A stretch of DNA of 59,825 nucleotides, counting the filler, from Sphacelaria rigidula (Eukaryota), in NCBI GenBank assembly GCA_964200075.2. It is 5 parts of 5 records of this genome, joined end to end, with 100 filler letters (N's around TTAATTAATTAA, not from the genome) between each part and the next. Parts side by side here need not be neighbours in the genome. Positions count along the whole stretch, not along the records: positions 1 to 11,886 come from CAXNAA020004375.1; positions 11,987 to 23,872 come from CAXNAA020004376.1; 3 more parts are not named here. One strand, 5' to 3'. The translations under genes and the position numbers were made by a program. Position 1 is the stretch's first letter; each line of letters opens with the position of its first letter. Below, one piece after another: positions 1 to 12,132 of the stretch. Under the pieces are notes generated by a model. That model was given only the letters and a program-made list of their open reading frames with translations, searched no databases and had not been told where the DNA came from.

Positions 1-119
1 AATAAGCTCTAAAATTAGGATTTATTATATTAAAATATTTGTGCCAGAGCACGGGGTTGTGTTGTAACGGGGGCAATGCATAGGATCGGGGCGAGTGAAG
101 TTTAGATGTCTTCTACCTT

Positions 120-330
120 CTCTCCTTTTCATTTTGCTTTGTATGTTTTCGTTTTTTCCTTCTTCGCATCTTCCCTTTTCTGCAAGGTTCCCTTTTCAGC
201 GGTTATTTTCCCAGTGTATGCACCCTTCGGACGTCTTATAGTACGTGACCGCGGCTGGCTTCCCAACGGGCCAGTCCATGATAGGCGACAACCAAATCAT
301 CCAAATCATCCAAATCATCCACACCAATCA
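120..330 (+). mobile_element. 3' end fragment of a non-LTR (RTE-like) retrotransposon with (CCAAATCAT)3 tail
   Basis: A T-rich tract is followed by GTGACCGCGGCTGG...CCAGT...GCGACAA and a short tandem tail. The same terminal motif occurs at 21227-21290 (-), 53670-53750 and 58790-58885. Confidence 0.55.
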
Positions 331-1761
331 ACCCTTCTACAACGTTTTGCGGCACTGTGACTGAACGTCACAATCTGCGAAAAAAACGATTTTTCAAAAC
401 TACCCATACTTGCGAGTATAACGACTCATAGTTCCCCATTTTCTTTGAATCCCTTCGGCGACTGTTTTCCGCTCTTTTACATTGGGTACATAGGGTCAAT
501 ATTCGCATCTAATGACCACGGTTTGGTGCACAGCGGATTACTGAACTCGTGTGCGACAATTTATATGGAGTAATCCATTAGCCCACTAAGCCTCACGGAG
601 GGTCCGAATCGTCTTCAACTCGAACACTTGTATGTTCTCACGGGAACCTCGCTACATCGAGCGCTGTCTTTTGATTTGCTCAAGTTGTACAGAGATCACG
701 TTCGTAGATGTAGTGCGGAGCACATACAGGTTACTAACTCGACAGAGAATACGTCATCTCTCGTGGGGACCAGTTGAGCTGACAAAACCTGACTCGTGCT
801 GGGAGAAAACCTTCGTGCAACCGTTTCAGGGGGGGGGGGGGGAAAGGAAGTGGCGGAACCTAAAAAATATGAGGACCGCGGCCAAGAACAAAACCTCTTT
901 TTTTTNNNNNNNNNNGGAGAACGTGTGGACGGGACACACCCGGCCGGGGGGGGGAGACAACCTTGGCCGCGCGGGTTGGGGGGGGGGGGGGGGGAAGCGA
1001 AGTTGCGGAACCTCAAGAATATCAGGAACGTACTCTACACATGAACCACTTTTTTTCTGAACATCCTCTAGTCTCGGACACTTGACGGTAACCGCAATCG
1101 AAATGACGTTTCATTTTTGTTCTTAAAAGTGCGGGACCATCGCGCCCCGGTGGTCTAAATTAAAACAGTACAGCACCAGCGGGCAGTTACGGCGGAAGGT
1201 CGTGGGTGCAGATCTCGACAGATATGGAGTTTTCGAGCGGAACCCATCTTTAGTCGTTGAACGCAAATGCTTTTGACGGTGGTCGTTGGGGGTCGGCGGA
1301 GTGCTGATTCAAGCTTCGACAACGAAATGTCAGGCACAGAACTGTACCGCGGGGAATATGATGGGTTGATGATCCCTTGAGACTAAGCATACGGCGAAAT
1401 AAAAAAAAACACAGAACATTTTGTCTTGTTGTCTGTCTGAGCACTTCCTCGTCGTCTCACCTGTGCCCGCCCGGAGCTGAGAAACAGGTCGACTGCTAAT
1501 TGGCCAACATTTCCTGTGCTCACCACTGGAATCTGTAACAAGAACAAACATCCGCACACACGACAAAGACAGGGAAAAAACAGGCGAGAATCACCTCTCA
1601 CAGTGTTACTGTAGTGCTGTAATACGTGTATGCGCATGAACACAGTATGGTATCGCCCAATGATCGCGACGAGAGGTGCTCATGTGTAAGAATGCACTCA
1701 GACCCTTACTCAAAAAATTTAGAGTTTACCCCACAAACTACCACGCCCGTTCGGAATATTG

Positions 1762-1931
1762 CACACCCTGGACAATATATGGTCAATAGATGCAATAGGC
1801 GAGAAGTGTACTCCATAAAGGATAGGCTTATTGCAACTACTGCCGGCCCACATTAGTCGCGATAGGCCTACACTTTATGAAGTACGTTTCTTGTCTGTTG
1901 CAACGATTGACCATATATTGTCCAAGGTGTG
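1762..1931. mobile_element. 170-bp foldback MITE (family A, CACAC...GTGTG ends)
   Basis: Near-complete imperfect palindrome cacaccctggacaatatatggtcaat...attgaccatatattgtccaaggtgtg. Flanks are gaatattg / aaatattg (7/8 direct repeat). Confidence 0.8.
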
Positions 1932-2348
1932 AAATATTGACAGTCACGAGGGCCACGTATTGGTAGGAATATTGTAAACGAGATAGATCATACCCAAGTG
2001 ACCCAAATTTTGGGCAGCGTAGGACGTGTATAATGAGATTGTACCCAGATCTCCCCAATTTTGGGTAGAGTAAATATCCGCGTAAAATACCCACGTACTC
2101 AAAGGTCACCACGGCGGCTCGGTTAGTAACCTCGGAAAATTTTGATGGTTGGGACGTGGGTACGAATTTCGGTGAAGTCACACGATTTGGGATTGTTTGC
2201 TCATATTATACCTACTGTAACACTACAGTGGAGAACAACTGTGTCGTGAGTACACAAAGTTCGACCTCACGGTTGACGAGGGAAAGGGCAGCTGAACCCT
2301 TTCGTGATAAAAATAAAAGCCAAGCATCACAAAAGGAAGGATATTGAA

Positions 2349-2389
<41 letters not shown>

Positions 2390-3031
2390 CCCCCCACTAT
2401 TGCCCCCCCTAACCCAACAAGAGCAAAAGCACACAGACAACTATTTTTTTGTGTTGACCTTCCTCCTGTATGATCCCGACTGATGCGCCCACATATACGT
2501 AAAGGTGTAAACCGGCATCTAGAATATTTGGGATGGCAACACATGAACTCATAAGTACATACCCGAATTTCCACACCTGCAATGATTATTAGCACAGCCG
2601 TAGAGGCGGGCGCACCCTATTGCGGCGCTCTGAATCAATCGTCGAATCACGCTTCCTTTTCGTCAAAGCATAAGACTAATAATCCCTGACCCTACCCGCA
2701 TTTCACGGCAGACCAAGAACCCTCCGTCAAGGGGGGTGCATGCAGACAGGCAGTATGTGCTTTGCTTTGCTGTGCTGCGCACGCCGCGCGCATGCCGGGC
2801 GGCGCGTGGGACGGTGAGCCCTGTCGATACCCGGATATTGGGGCCTCCGCTGAAACTAAGTAGAAAATCAACGATCCCTTCATGGCGCCGGACTGGGATG
2901 ATCTCAATTGCGGTCGTGACCACAGTATCATCGGTAACGGAAGATACCACCCGCAGGTGATCGGCAGAGACGGCGGAAAGCCCCCCGACCAGTTCACCGG
3001 ATAAACGCCGATCGCTTCGAAGGAAAAAGTT

Positions 3032-3201
3032 CACACCTTGGGCAATATATGGTCAATAGTTGCAATAGACAAGAAACGTACTGCATAAAGTATAGACCTA
3101 TTGCGGCTATTGTCGGCCGGCAATAGTTGCAATAGGCCTATACTTTATGCAGTACACTTCTCGTCGATTGAATCTATTGACCACATGTTGTCCAGGGTGT
3201 G
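3032..3201. mobile_element. 170-bp foldback MITE (family A), opposite orientation to 1762-1931
   Basis: cacaccttgggcaatatatggtcaatag...ctattgaccacatgttgtccagggtgtg. It has the same length as the first copy and is flanked by aaaagtt on both sides. Confidence 0.8.
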
Positions 3202-4345
3202 AAAAGTTTCACAAGAATTTCACTGCTCTGAGAAAGTGGGGCAGAGCGTTGAAATATACCTTTAGATCAATATGTATATATAAAAAATGTGGAAGCAAAA
3301 CGATCGCGGAAATCTATTGGGTTCATAGGGGTGATATCCCGCGTGACACACACACAATTTGAATACGGGTGGGTGTTCGGTGCTGGGTGCTGGGGTTTTA
3401 TGGCAGTACACACGTCGGCGCGGAGATCGTCGTGATCGCCGCATAAGCATATAGACACTGCAAGAGTCGCTGGAAGGCACCGCGTTATTAGCTGCCAGGG
3501 AACGACACTAGCGAACCGTGGAAACAAAAATACAGGTGGAAATCCACAGAGCGGTTGCTGTTATACAGACAGTTCAACAGCAGTGAACAATAATTACACC
3601 GCAGAGCGAAGACAACCTCCACTGGCCTTCTAACTCACGATCAATGTATCTTGGTGAAACTTTGCGCCTTCCGCAGAATCTTCGGCGTTTGTGTTGCTTC
3701 CTTTTGAACTAACGAAGCGCATCCTTCAGGTGATCCTCCACAGCAGGGATCTGTGCACAACCGTACAGTAGCACAGCAAAGCACAGTACAGACTGTAACG
3801 TACAGCGTCGCAGAATACCCAGAGTGGAAAGGCACAAAATATATATGTTCCGAAATGAATATTTCCAAGGAATTTCATGCATGCTGAATAGCTCTACATT
3901 TCCCCCTGAAATATGTCATTTCAAAACGCCTTTTAGAACTGGTTTTCAGTCGTGCAGCACTGGCGCAACAGTGTGGACTAGCGCTCTACTCAAACATGGG
4001 CTACCAAAAGGTGTAAAATTTTACTGGAACTGCAAAAATGAAGTGTTGCGGCGGCGACGACATCGATGATTTTCAGACTTGAGACACCTCGGACAATACC
4101 CACTCACTGACACTACTGATTGTCATTGCTATCGTCGTACTGATTTAATGTCTGCATAACCGTGTGTCATACTAGAATGACCCAAGTTGCACTCGGGATC
4201 CTACACTATATCACATATAATAAAAAACGCTCCGAGCACAGGAGATACTGTAGATACCACACACAGAGCAGAGCGGAGTACCGTACCGCAAAGGTGGATA
4301 CTACACAGCAACAAACATAGCACACACCAAGCATCTAATCTCCTA

Positions 4346-7300
4346 ATGTCTTCCACCACTACACCGAATGTCGCCGGGCGGCTGATGCTGATGAGGAGTG
4401 CGGTGGTTTGCCTGGCCTGTCTCGCAAACACCAGCTTCGCTTTCGTGGGGCCTCTATCAGCTGTGCGCACAACTCCCACATCGAACAAGGCATCCACCAC
4501 TTCTACCACAGCAGCGCGTCCTAGCCGTGGGAGCTTTGTAGGCGTCCCTGCCCTGACTGGACAGCAGCAGCAGCAGCATGGCGCCGACCTGGGGACTGGA
4601 TTTGGTGTCGGTGCCGTGTCTATGATGGGTGGAGATGGAAAGAAGACGTGTATCATCACAGGCGCCTCCTCTGGTGAGCGAGACACTTGACAAGTTCGGG
4701 CGGCGGGCAGGGTTGTGCACGTTGACAAAGAGGCATGGGAGTAACCTAGATGTTTTGGAAGTATTATGGTGATGGGATTGGTTGTGGCGGAGTACGGCCG
4801 GGTGTCAGCGTGTGGCTGCTCCAATCACTCAGCATGAAACGGCCCGCTGCAAACCTGTCGGTATCACATGTACAGTATCATGTGTTCGAGAAATATGAGC
4901 TCCTGTTGTTGTTGTTGTTGTTGTCTTCACATTAAAAGCCGTTCCGATATCTGCGCGGTACATTGGTACTGGGCATCTNNNNNNNNNNAATAAAATAGAT
5001 CCAGAGTGAAAAACTCACAAAACGCGATACAAGCAAACAGAAATAAAGAAGAAATTCCTGTACTCTCTGTTTTTCGACGCGTGTCGTCTGGTGGTGCGTT
5101 CGTTTCTCAGTATCGCCAGCCCACACGGTACAGCCAGTACACACAACGGTAGGTTTGTTTTGGAGGAATATGATTTCAAAACTGAACATCAGCTACGATA
5201 GTGCACTGCAGTGTACACAGCACCATCGTGTACACGGCGTTACTGTGTAAGTCGCATATGCCCGCCTTATCTCGAGATACTTTTTTCCCTCTCGAAGGAC
5301 CGCATCACAAGAGAAAAATGACCATCGCACACTGGAGTGCAGGATCGGGTTCAGCGTGCGGCGGGCCAATTCGGCGAAGAGATCAAAGGCTCGGCCGGGC
5401 GGCCTATTTTCGCAAATGGGTCGATCTGGCGCCGTACAACTAAACCTGTACTACTGTGCTGCACTACAGTATACTACACACTGTACTGTATTGCCTGACT
5501 GCGCAATACAACGTGGTCGGGCTTTCTCGCCTGTGCGCTACCTGTATCTGCTTACTATGTCCACTCTCAAGTACTACAGTACGGGAAACCGGCGGGCGTC
5601 GGGCGTCCTGATATTTTTTCAAATGATATTTTATCGAGCGGGGGTACGAGTAGCCTGCATTGGCGAACCGGCGGCGAGACCTACCGACAAATGCCGATGG
5701 CTTGGCGGCGATACAGCTGTGGGATTCATGAGCACCGTCGTTGTTGAGCAAACTGTGTTTCATACGTGATTTCGTCTCGGACATTCTCATGGCCTTTTCT
5801 TTGACATCGTTCTTGTTGCTCTCGGCGATGCAAACATTTGTACGACCGGAAATGTCGGTACGGAATCTGCAGTCCCCTTGTTACGCCTGCGAATACTCGA
5901 AGGAGGGAACCTCCAATACTCAGCTCCGGACCTATTAATGCAAACATTTGTACGACCGGAAATGTCGGTACGGAATCTGCAGTCCCCTTGTTACGCCTGC
6001 GAATATTCGAAGGAGGGAACTCCCAATACTCAGCTCTGGACCCATTAAAGTCAAAAATGTAAAACGTAGAAATGAGGGAGGAAGGACTCCGGCAAGTTGC
6101 CGTTCAAAGGGGAAGGTGCTGATTGGCCAGGATCCCCTGACCCCATACCCAACAGTGGCCAGCGCCGGGGGAACATGGAGAAATGTCTCTGGGCCAACAC
6201 GTATCCGCGTGGATAGATGGTCGTCCTCGCATTCAGTTCAGTGAAATATATGATTTATGACCAGCATGACGTGAACCTCATCGCGGTCGATACTTTGATG
6301 GCTGGGTTCGATGGTACACGTGTTGATGCTCTTTGAACGCGCTGCTCCTCAGATTCTGATGGAACACTAGCAGTCGCCAGGTCAAAAAAGTTTTGTGTAA
6401 GACGATGGTTCGCTGCGTGGACACAACGACGGCATTCCCCGTTGCCCCGACAAAATGTTTCGGTCCCTTGGGCAATTTTCAAGTTTCGGCTATGTGGCAT
6501 GAAACTCGGGGCGGGAGATGTGTCATGTTGCTCTGGTTCGATAGGGTGATCGAACACTGCATGCCATTCGTGGAAAAGTCCGCACGCAACACGTCTATTC
6601 AACTATACCCACTCACGTCGCACTCCTCTCCCCGCCCTGCGTGCCGCCCGCCCCATGAAGGTATCGGTCTCGAGGCCGCCAAGACACTGGCATCTTCTGG
6701 AGAATGGCATGTGATCATGGCTGTGCGCTCGTTCGCCAAGGCGGAACTGGCCGCTAAATCGGCGGGGATGGACCCATCGGCCTACACGGTTATGGACCTC
6801 GACCTGGCCAGCCTCAACAGTGTGAGGATGTTCGCCAAGGCCGTGAAGGCTGCTAAAGTTAAGCCGGACGCGCTCGTATGCAACGCTGCGGTCTGGTACC
6901 CCAAGGTGAGGTGGATAAGATGTACAAGTACGGTGGGATCGACGTCCCCACAATCTCGAGTTTCCAGCGATTATTGTGGATATGGTGTGTATGCTGTGCT
7001 GTGGCACGTGAGGATTCCGTCGCCGTATGACTGAAGGGGGGCGAACATACTTACAAAAACGTTTGGCTGGAAGATAACCAAAGAGAATGGTGGGCAGCGA
7101 GAATAATGAAGTCTCGTTGTGCCGCCGAGTGAAGCCGGCACAAGAGTAGAGACTTGCAGGACGTGCGTGCACTATGGTACAATGGCGCACAGAAGCCAAA
7201 TCATTTTGCTCCATGTTGGCTCGAATATATATATATCGACGGTGGAAAAGCGAGTTTTATGCACATATCGCACGGAGAATCCGCGTAGAAATTTGGTCGG

Positions 7301-10300
7301 CATCAAATATATACAAGAGCTCGGCCAACCGTATATCGTACAAGCGCACACCATACAGCAACTTCTGAAGTTACCCAAATCAGCCCGATTCAAGCATATC
7401 GCTATGAACTGCACACCCACCTTATCATGCACGCCCTGCTGCTACAAAAAAAAAGAAGAAAGATGTACAGCATCATATTTGACCTTCACGACGGAATGAA
7501 GAAAAGAAAAAAAATGTCGGGATTCGAACTCGTGACCTCCATGACCGGAGTTTCCTGTGTCACTTGGATTACAGGGGCGCAGCGGTGTCACACAACGAGT
7601 GCCAGGCTGGGCCGATTTTGAGATTTTTCAGTCGAATTTCTCCAAGGATATCCTGCACGGAAGTACGTACAAAATTTTCTGGGGATGCCTCCGGTTTTCG
7701 TTTTGTGCACGGGGTCACGACATTTGTGTAGTTTTTGTAAAATTTCAAATCGTTCCAACCTCGTGCTTTTTTCCCTTCTTTTTGACATCCCGAGACATGT
7801 TGCGCGTGTTAATGATGATGAAAATGTCGTGTCAAAGTTTGGAGCCCAACTCCTCAACATTTGCACCGCTGGACGCGAGAACATTCAAGAATCACTGTCA
7901 GCTGGCCCAGCTTGCATGTTGCTCATACCGCGTCATGATCCATCCACGATCTTCGGGATAAACTCGTTGCTGTCAAGAGATTCATAACCCATCCTCTCCC
8001 TCGGTACCCCGCCCGAGTATCAACTGACGAGGCTTGGGCTGGTTGACACTCGCGCATGTCCGTCGTCACCTGGCGCAATAGCAAACCGTTCTCTCGTTCG
8101 TATCGTGTTATCGTGTCTGTGTACGCATGGCCCACGATAGGACAAGCAGCCGCGGAGGACCGCGGATGGGTTCGAGGAAGCCGTCGGGGTGAACCACTTG
8201 GGCCACTTCTTGCTGTGCAATCTCCTCATCGACGACTTGAAGCAATCGCGCGTCGTGTTCATCGGCACGGAAACGCACAATCCGGGCAGCATCGCTGGAA
8301 AGATTCCCCCGCAGGTACCCTAGGTCGCGCAGTACCCGTACCGCACAGTTGATCCTTGTCCGGACCGCATACTCTGGGGTACAAGGTAAACACCCGTACC
8401 TTGTATGCTACCCCCTCTCTCCAGTGATGAAATTCCGGCTGTTTTTGGCAGTAGAACTTATGCGTTTGTCGTAAAGGACGTTCCCGGGATGTTACTTCTT
8501 GACTTAAGAGTGAACACCGATAGTAGGATCCTGACCCCTAGACAGCGAATCTCCGTCAGGTGGACTGAGATGGACTGTGCCATATTTTGAGTTCACAACA
8601 GTTGTTTTCCCGGTACACAAAACGCCTTTTTTCGTTTATGTGTGGATGTTGGGCATCTATATGGAAGAAGGTTTTCGGAGAACCCCTGACCGGTTTTGAC
8701 CCTGCAGTCAATTGCGTGCAGGGTTAGTAAGTATGTGTGCTGTTTGTCTTGGCTGGATATAGGGCAAAACACAGTCAGCGTGCCATCGCTCTACACTGCA
8801 GCTGCTGATCTCTCTGCTTGGTGCTCCACGACAATACTTCAGATAGGGTGAAGCTATCTTGGTAACACGCGGGGGGTCAAGAAGAAACATCACGAGCAGA
8901 GTGAAAAGCATGTTTGTGCCCTCGTAGTCTCTGGTTGAATTGTCATGACCAAAATGAGAAATACGTATGGACAGCGAGGTAGTCCACCTGTACCCATCTG
9001 TAGAGGAACAAAGTAAAAACTTGGGTAGTCGTGATTGGTCAGAGCGGGCACTCCGCTCTTCCAGGGCCTCGACGCTGGCTCATGTTTTTCCGTGGGAAAC
9101 TTCCAAACACACATGATTATCTTGGTAAGCTTTTCGGCTGTTCTGCGAGCATTCTCTCACCCCTTGTCAAAACCACTCCTCGCTCTCCGGAGCTCGTCTC
9201 TAAAGGGGTGCGTGGTCAATGGTGAAACTACGAAGGCAAGCAACAAATGAGCACGCCCCCTCCACCACGCCCCCCGGATTGCCCTGGACTGTCAGCCGGT
9301 GAAACTGTTCCGAGGCGACACTCGCGGTCTAGGGGTAGGCGTAAGCACGACTCATTCTCAATATCATGTCGTTGTGTAACTTTGTGCTGTGTCGGTGTAC
9401 GTTCCGTATCACCCCCGCTAGCCCCCCCCCCCTCCCCCCCCTTGTGCAAGAGAAGCTCAATTTGTTTTTTCCCCATGGTACCAGGAGCCATACCTCCCAC
9501 CCGCATGCAATTTTTTCATGCGAAATACGGCGTTCTCACAGCGTAGGCAACTGCTCCGAGGAAAATAACAGAAATATGTATAGCACCCCGCGCCCCCACC
9601 GCACACCCTGTTCTCAGCGGACTTGCAGCGTTCCGGGTGCGCCTGAGATCTTTGGCTACGTGCCCCTTTGCTGTGTGATGAGTTTCCGTAGCCTGTAAAT
9701 TATTCCAACATCCGGAGATGCAGCCTATTGTGTGTAGTCACCCGTCCATGTGTTGAAGGAATCTGTCCCGCACCTGCTGAATGATTTTCTGTTTCATATG
9801 TTTTCAATACTTTTCTAGCGAGTATCTCGCGTGGTATTTCAATCTTATTCGCAAGGACTAATACGCACACAAATTGAGTTATATCTACATCTGTTCCGAA
9901 TGTGATTTTTTTTTTTTTTCCATGCTGAGGTACAGTGAGCAGTACCCTTACAGATGTGCTTGCTTGCCGGACGCCCGTGATTTTTCGGCGCCTATCTCCC
10001 CTCTTCCGTAGACGGCTTTCTGTACGGTACCTACGATCTCCAGATTATGTCGTTTTGGATCATGAAACTATCGCCGGGGGGGAAGGGGGGGGTATTTAGG
10101 GCTAGCGAAAGATTTCCCACGTGCCCATGTACAGGGCTGCAGGTACCCGCACGGTGTTGAAAGTATGCGGAAATGGATCACCCACGGGCATTATCCTGTG
10201 GAAGTGATTTATTACATATCGGTGATACACACACTGTCACCTACACTCGTGGTTGGTGCCTTCTTCCTGATATGCACCCTGTGAACCGCGGCAAACGTGT

Positions 10301-10630
10301 GTCGAGAGAAACAAACGAACATTAAAAGTTTTATTTTTTAGCATTGCAAGCGTCACATCTTGTATCCGTTTGTGCTGTATCAATTGTCTTCATTCGTACT
10401 TGTGACCCCGTGTTCATCTCTTTCACCCTCGACGACGGTACCGTAGGTATATTTTATCAGACGGTTTCCTCAAGCCGCAATCGTTACCCCCCACCCTCCC
10501 TTATCTGTTGAAATTCGATCTCGTGGGTGTCGGTATCGTCTGTTATTTATTTAAGGCACACCTCGGAGATTTGTCTGGCCTGGCAAACAACGAAGACATG
10601 ATCGACGGCGTCAAATACGAACCCACCAAG
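4346..10630 (+). CDS. POR: Light-dependent NADPH:protochlorophyllide oxidoreductase (POR)-family SDR, plastid-targeted; 5' partial gene (4 exons, remainder beyond contig end)
   Basis: GT-AG exons 4346-4673, 6661-6905, 8141-8314 and 10556-10630 join in phase. They give a signal peptide plus SFA-F motif, a transit peptide, then KTCIITGASSGIGLEAAK, WHVIMAVR, DLASLNSVR, DALVCNAAV, RTADGFEEAVGVNHLGHFLL and AGKIPPQAHLGDLSGL...MIDG...YEPTK, stopping just before the expected catalytic AYKDSK exon. The start could be the ATG at 4346 or a later Met in MLMRS. Confidence 0.9.
5828..6047. repeat. Tandem duplication, 2 x 110 bp, in POR intron 1
   Basis: atgcaaacatttgtacgaccggaaatg... starts at 5828 and again at 5938, with only a few mismatches. 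Confidence 0.9.
7515..7607 (-). repeat. tRNA-derived (SINE-head-like) fragment
   Basis: The minus strand has B-box GAGTTCGAATCC and a degenerate A-box, with a T-rich tract after it. It shares ctggcacYcgttg with 23494-23561. No clean cloverleaf. Confidence 0.45.
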
Positions 10631-11886
10631 GTGAGAGGAATGCAAGTATTCTGGTAAATAGCCCGCTCGTCTGGGGCAAGGGGAGTCGGGAGGGTCAGGG
10701 AGGGAGCACCGGCACTACGGGATCACCAACAAATCCTGTCCGTACATGGCGTCTTGTTCCAAAATCTCCCCTCTCGCACTTTTTTGTCACCCGCAACATC
10801 GTGGGTAGCCTTGTTCGTTCGACACCTGTGATCACGAGTGCGGCGTACGTATCAGCTTGTGCGCGAGTAGATTGGGGTACAGGTTTTGGAGGCCTGCCCG
10901 CCTTGTAGGATCTGAAATTGTAGAAGAATCCAGAAGGCACGAAAGCGCACGGGCGGGGGTGGACCGGAGGGGGAATGGTATCTACATCCACTCTGTCTAC
11001 AGACGAGTACCTCAGACAGAAAAAAAATCGAATGACTTCTTTTCGAGCACTAGTATCGATTTTCGGAATGTAGGCTGATGTAAGCACACACATAAGCTTT
11101 TTGGTGACTCTTGGGACCGGATGTTGACAGCCATCACTCGGAAAGAGGAAGGGGGAGAGTCGGTGATCTGTGTCGGCATCCCTTGTACACGGTTGTGCAC
11201 TGCGTCGGTGTGTTCCAGAGGAGATGCCCAGCTGCAAGTTGTGCAATGTATAGTTTGACCTGCTTCGGTGTGGTCAGCGGGCGTTGGTTCATGCAAGCTG
11301 TGTGTATCTCCCACCATACTTTTTGCAAGCTGCCATGTTTTCATCGGCATATGTTTTTGTTGTCGTGGGATTACTGCTATGGGTGGGACCGGAGGGCCTA
11401 ACGACCAAGCATCAGCGGCAAACAAAAAAAACATAAGTGCGGAGGAATAATGAACACGTCAGTAGGTGGCTGCGAGTCTGAGCTCTCAGTCCAATAGTGT
11501 TAACAAAGAAGGCAATTGAAAAATCTGATGACGGGGTGAATGAATGGGTAGGTGTGGTTATGTAGGAGAAAGGTGAAGGGAATCAGGGTCATTCATGATC
11601 CAAGCATAGTCTAGTCGTCTCGTGGGAAAGAGGGCTGTTGACGTGACGTGGCTGTTGCAATGAAGCCAATGGTTCCATACGAACACATGGTTTCATGACT
11701 CAACAATTTGTAACCAACGCAAACAAGACGCGTCAGTGGCTCCCCACAAACACTTTCCGTCGTTGAGGTGGGGTGTCGTGGCTTTATTTTTTATTCCACG
11801 CACCCAAGAAAGTGAGGTTAAATTTCTACCTTTAATCCCTCCCCCGAGGTCAACGGTCTTTTGACTATGGCATGCATGATCATGAG

Positions 11887-11986
11887 NNNNNNNNNNNNNN
11901 NNNNNNNNNNNNNNNNNNNNNNNNNNNNNNTTAATTAATTAANNNNNNNNNNNNNNNNNNNNNNNNNNNNNNNNNNNNNNNNNNNN
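11887..11986. other. Artificial contig linker (N44-TTAATTAATTAA-N44)
   Basis: A six-frame-stop spacer between N runs, identical at four places. Confidence 0.97.
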
Positions 11987-12096
11987 TGTTTCTTGCGGCC
12001 AGTATGTCGATTTAAAAAAAATACCGCGGTATCACGGGAATATTCCCGAGAGGAGCCTTGAAAAAAACCCTTTCTCGGTTTGTAAAATACCGTGTT

Positions 12097-12132
12097 TGTT
12101 GTTGCTGTTGTTGTTGTTGTTGTTGTTGTTGT
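12097..12132. repeat. (GTT)n microsatellite
   Basis: Directly visible. Confidence 0.9.

Noticed and set aside
828-994. G-runs suggesting G-quadruplex or Gly/Pro-rich ORFs
   Set aside because: They flank a 10-N gap and look like low-quality read ends. The same pattern occurs at 17955-18137 and 34782-34950.
2350-2409. Long poly-C tract giving a poly-Gly ORF
   Set aside because: Homopolymer of unreliable length with no coding support.
9416-10107. Possible element bounded by cgctagccc / gggctagcg
   Set aside because: The inverted match is short and low-complexity, with no TSD found.
11931-11942. TTAATTAATTAA repeated every ~12 kb as a biological periodic motif
   Set aside because: It is a synthetic assembly spacer embedded in Ns.
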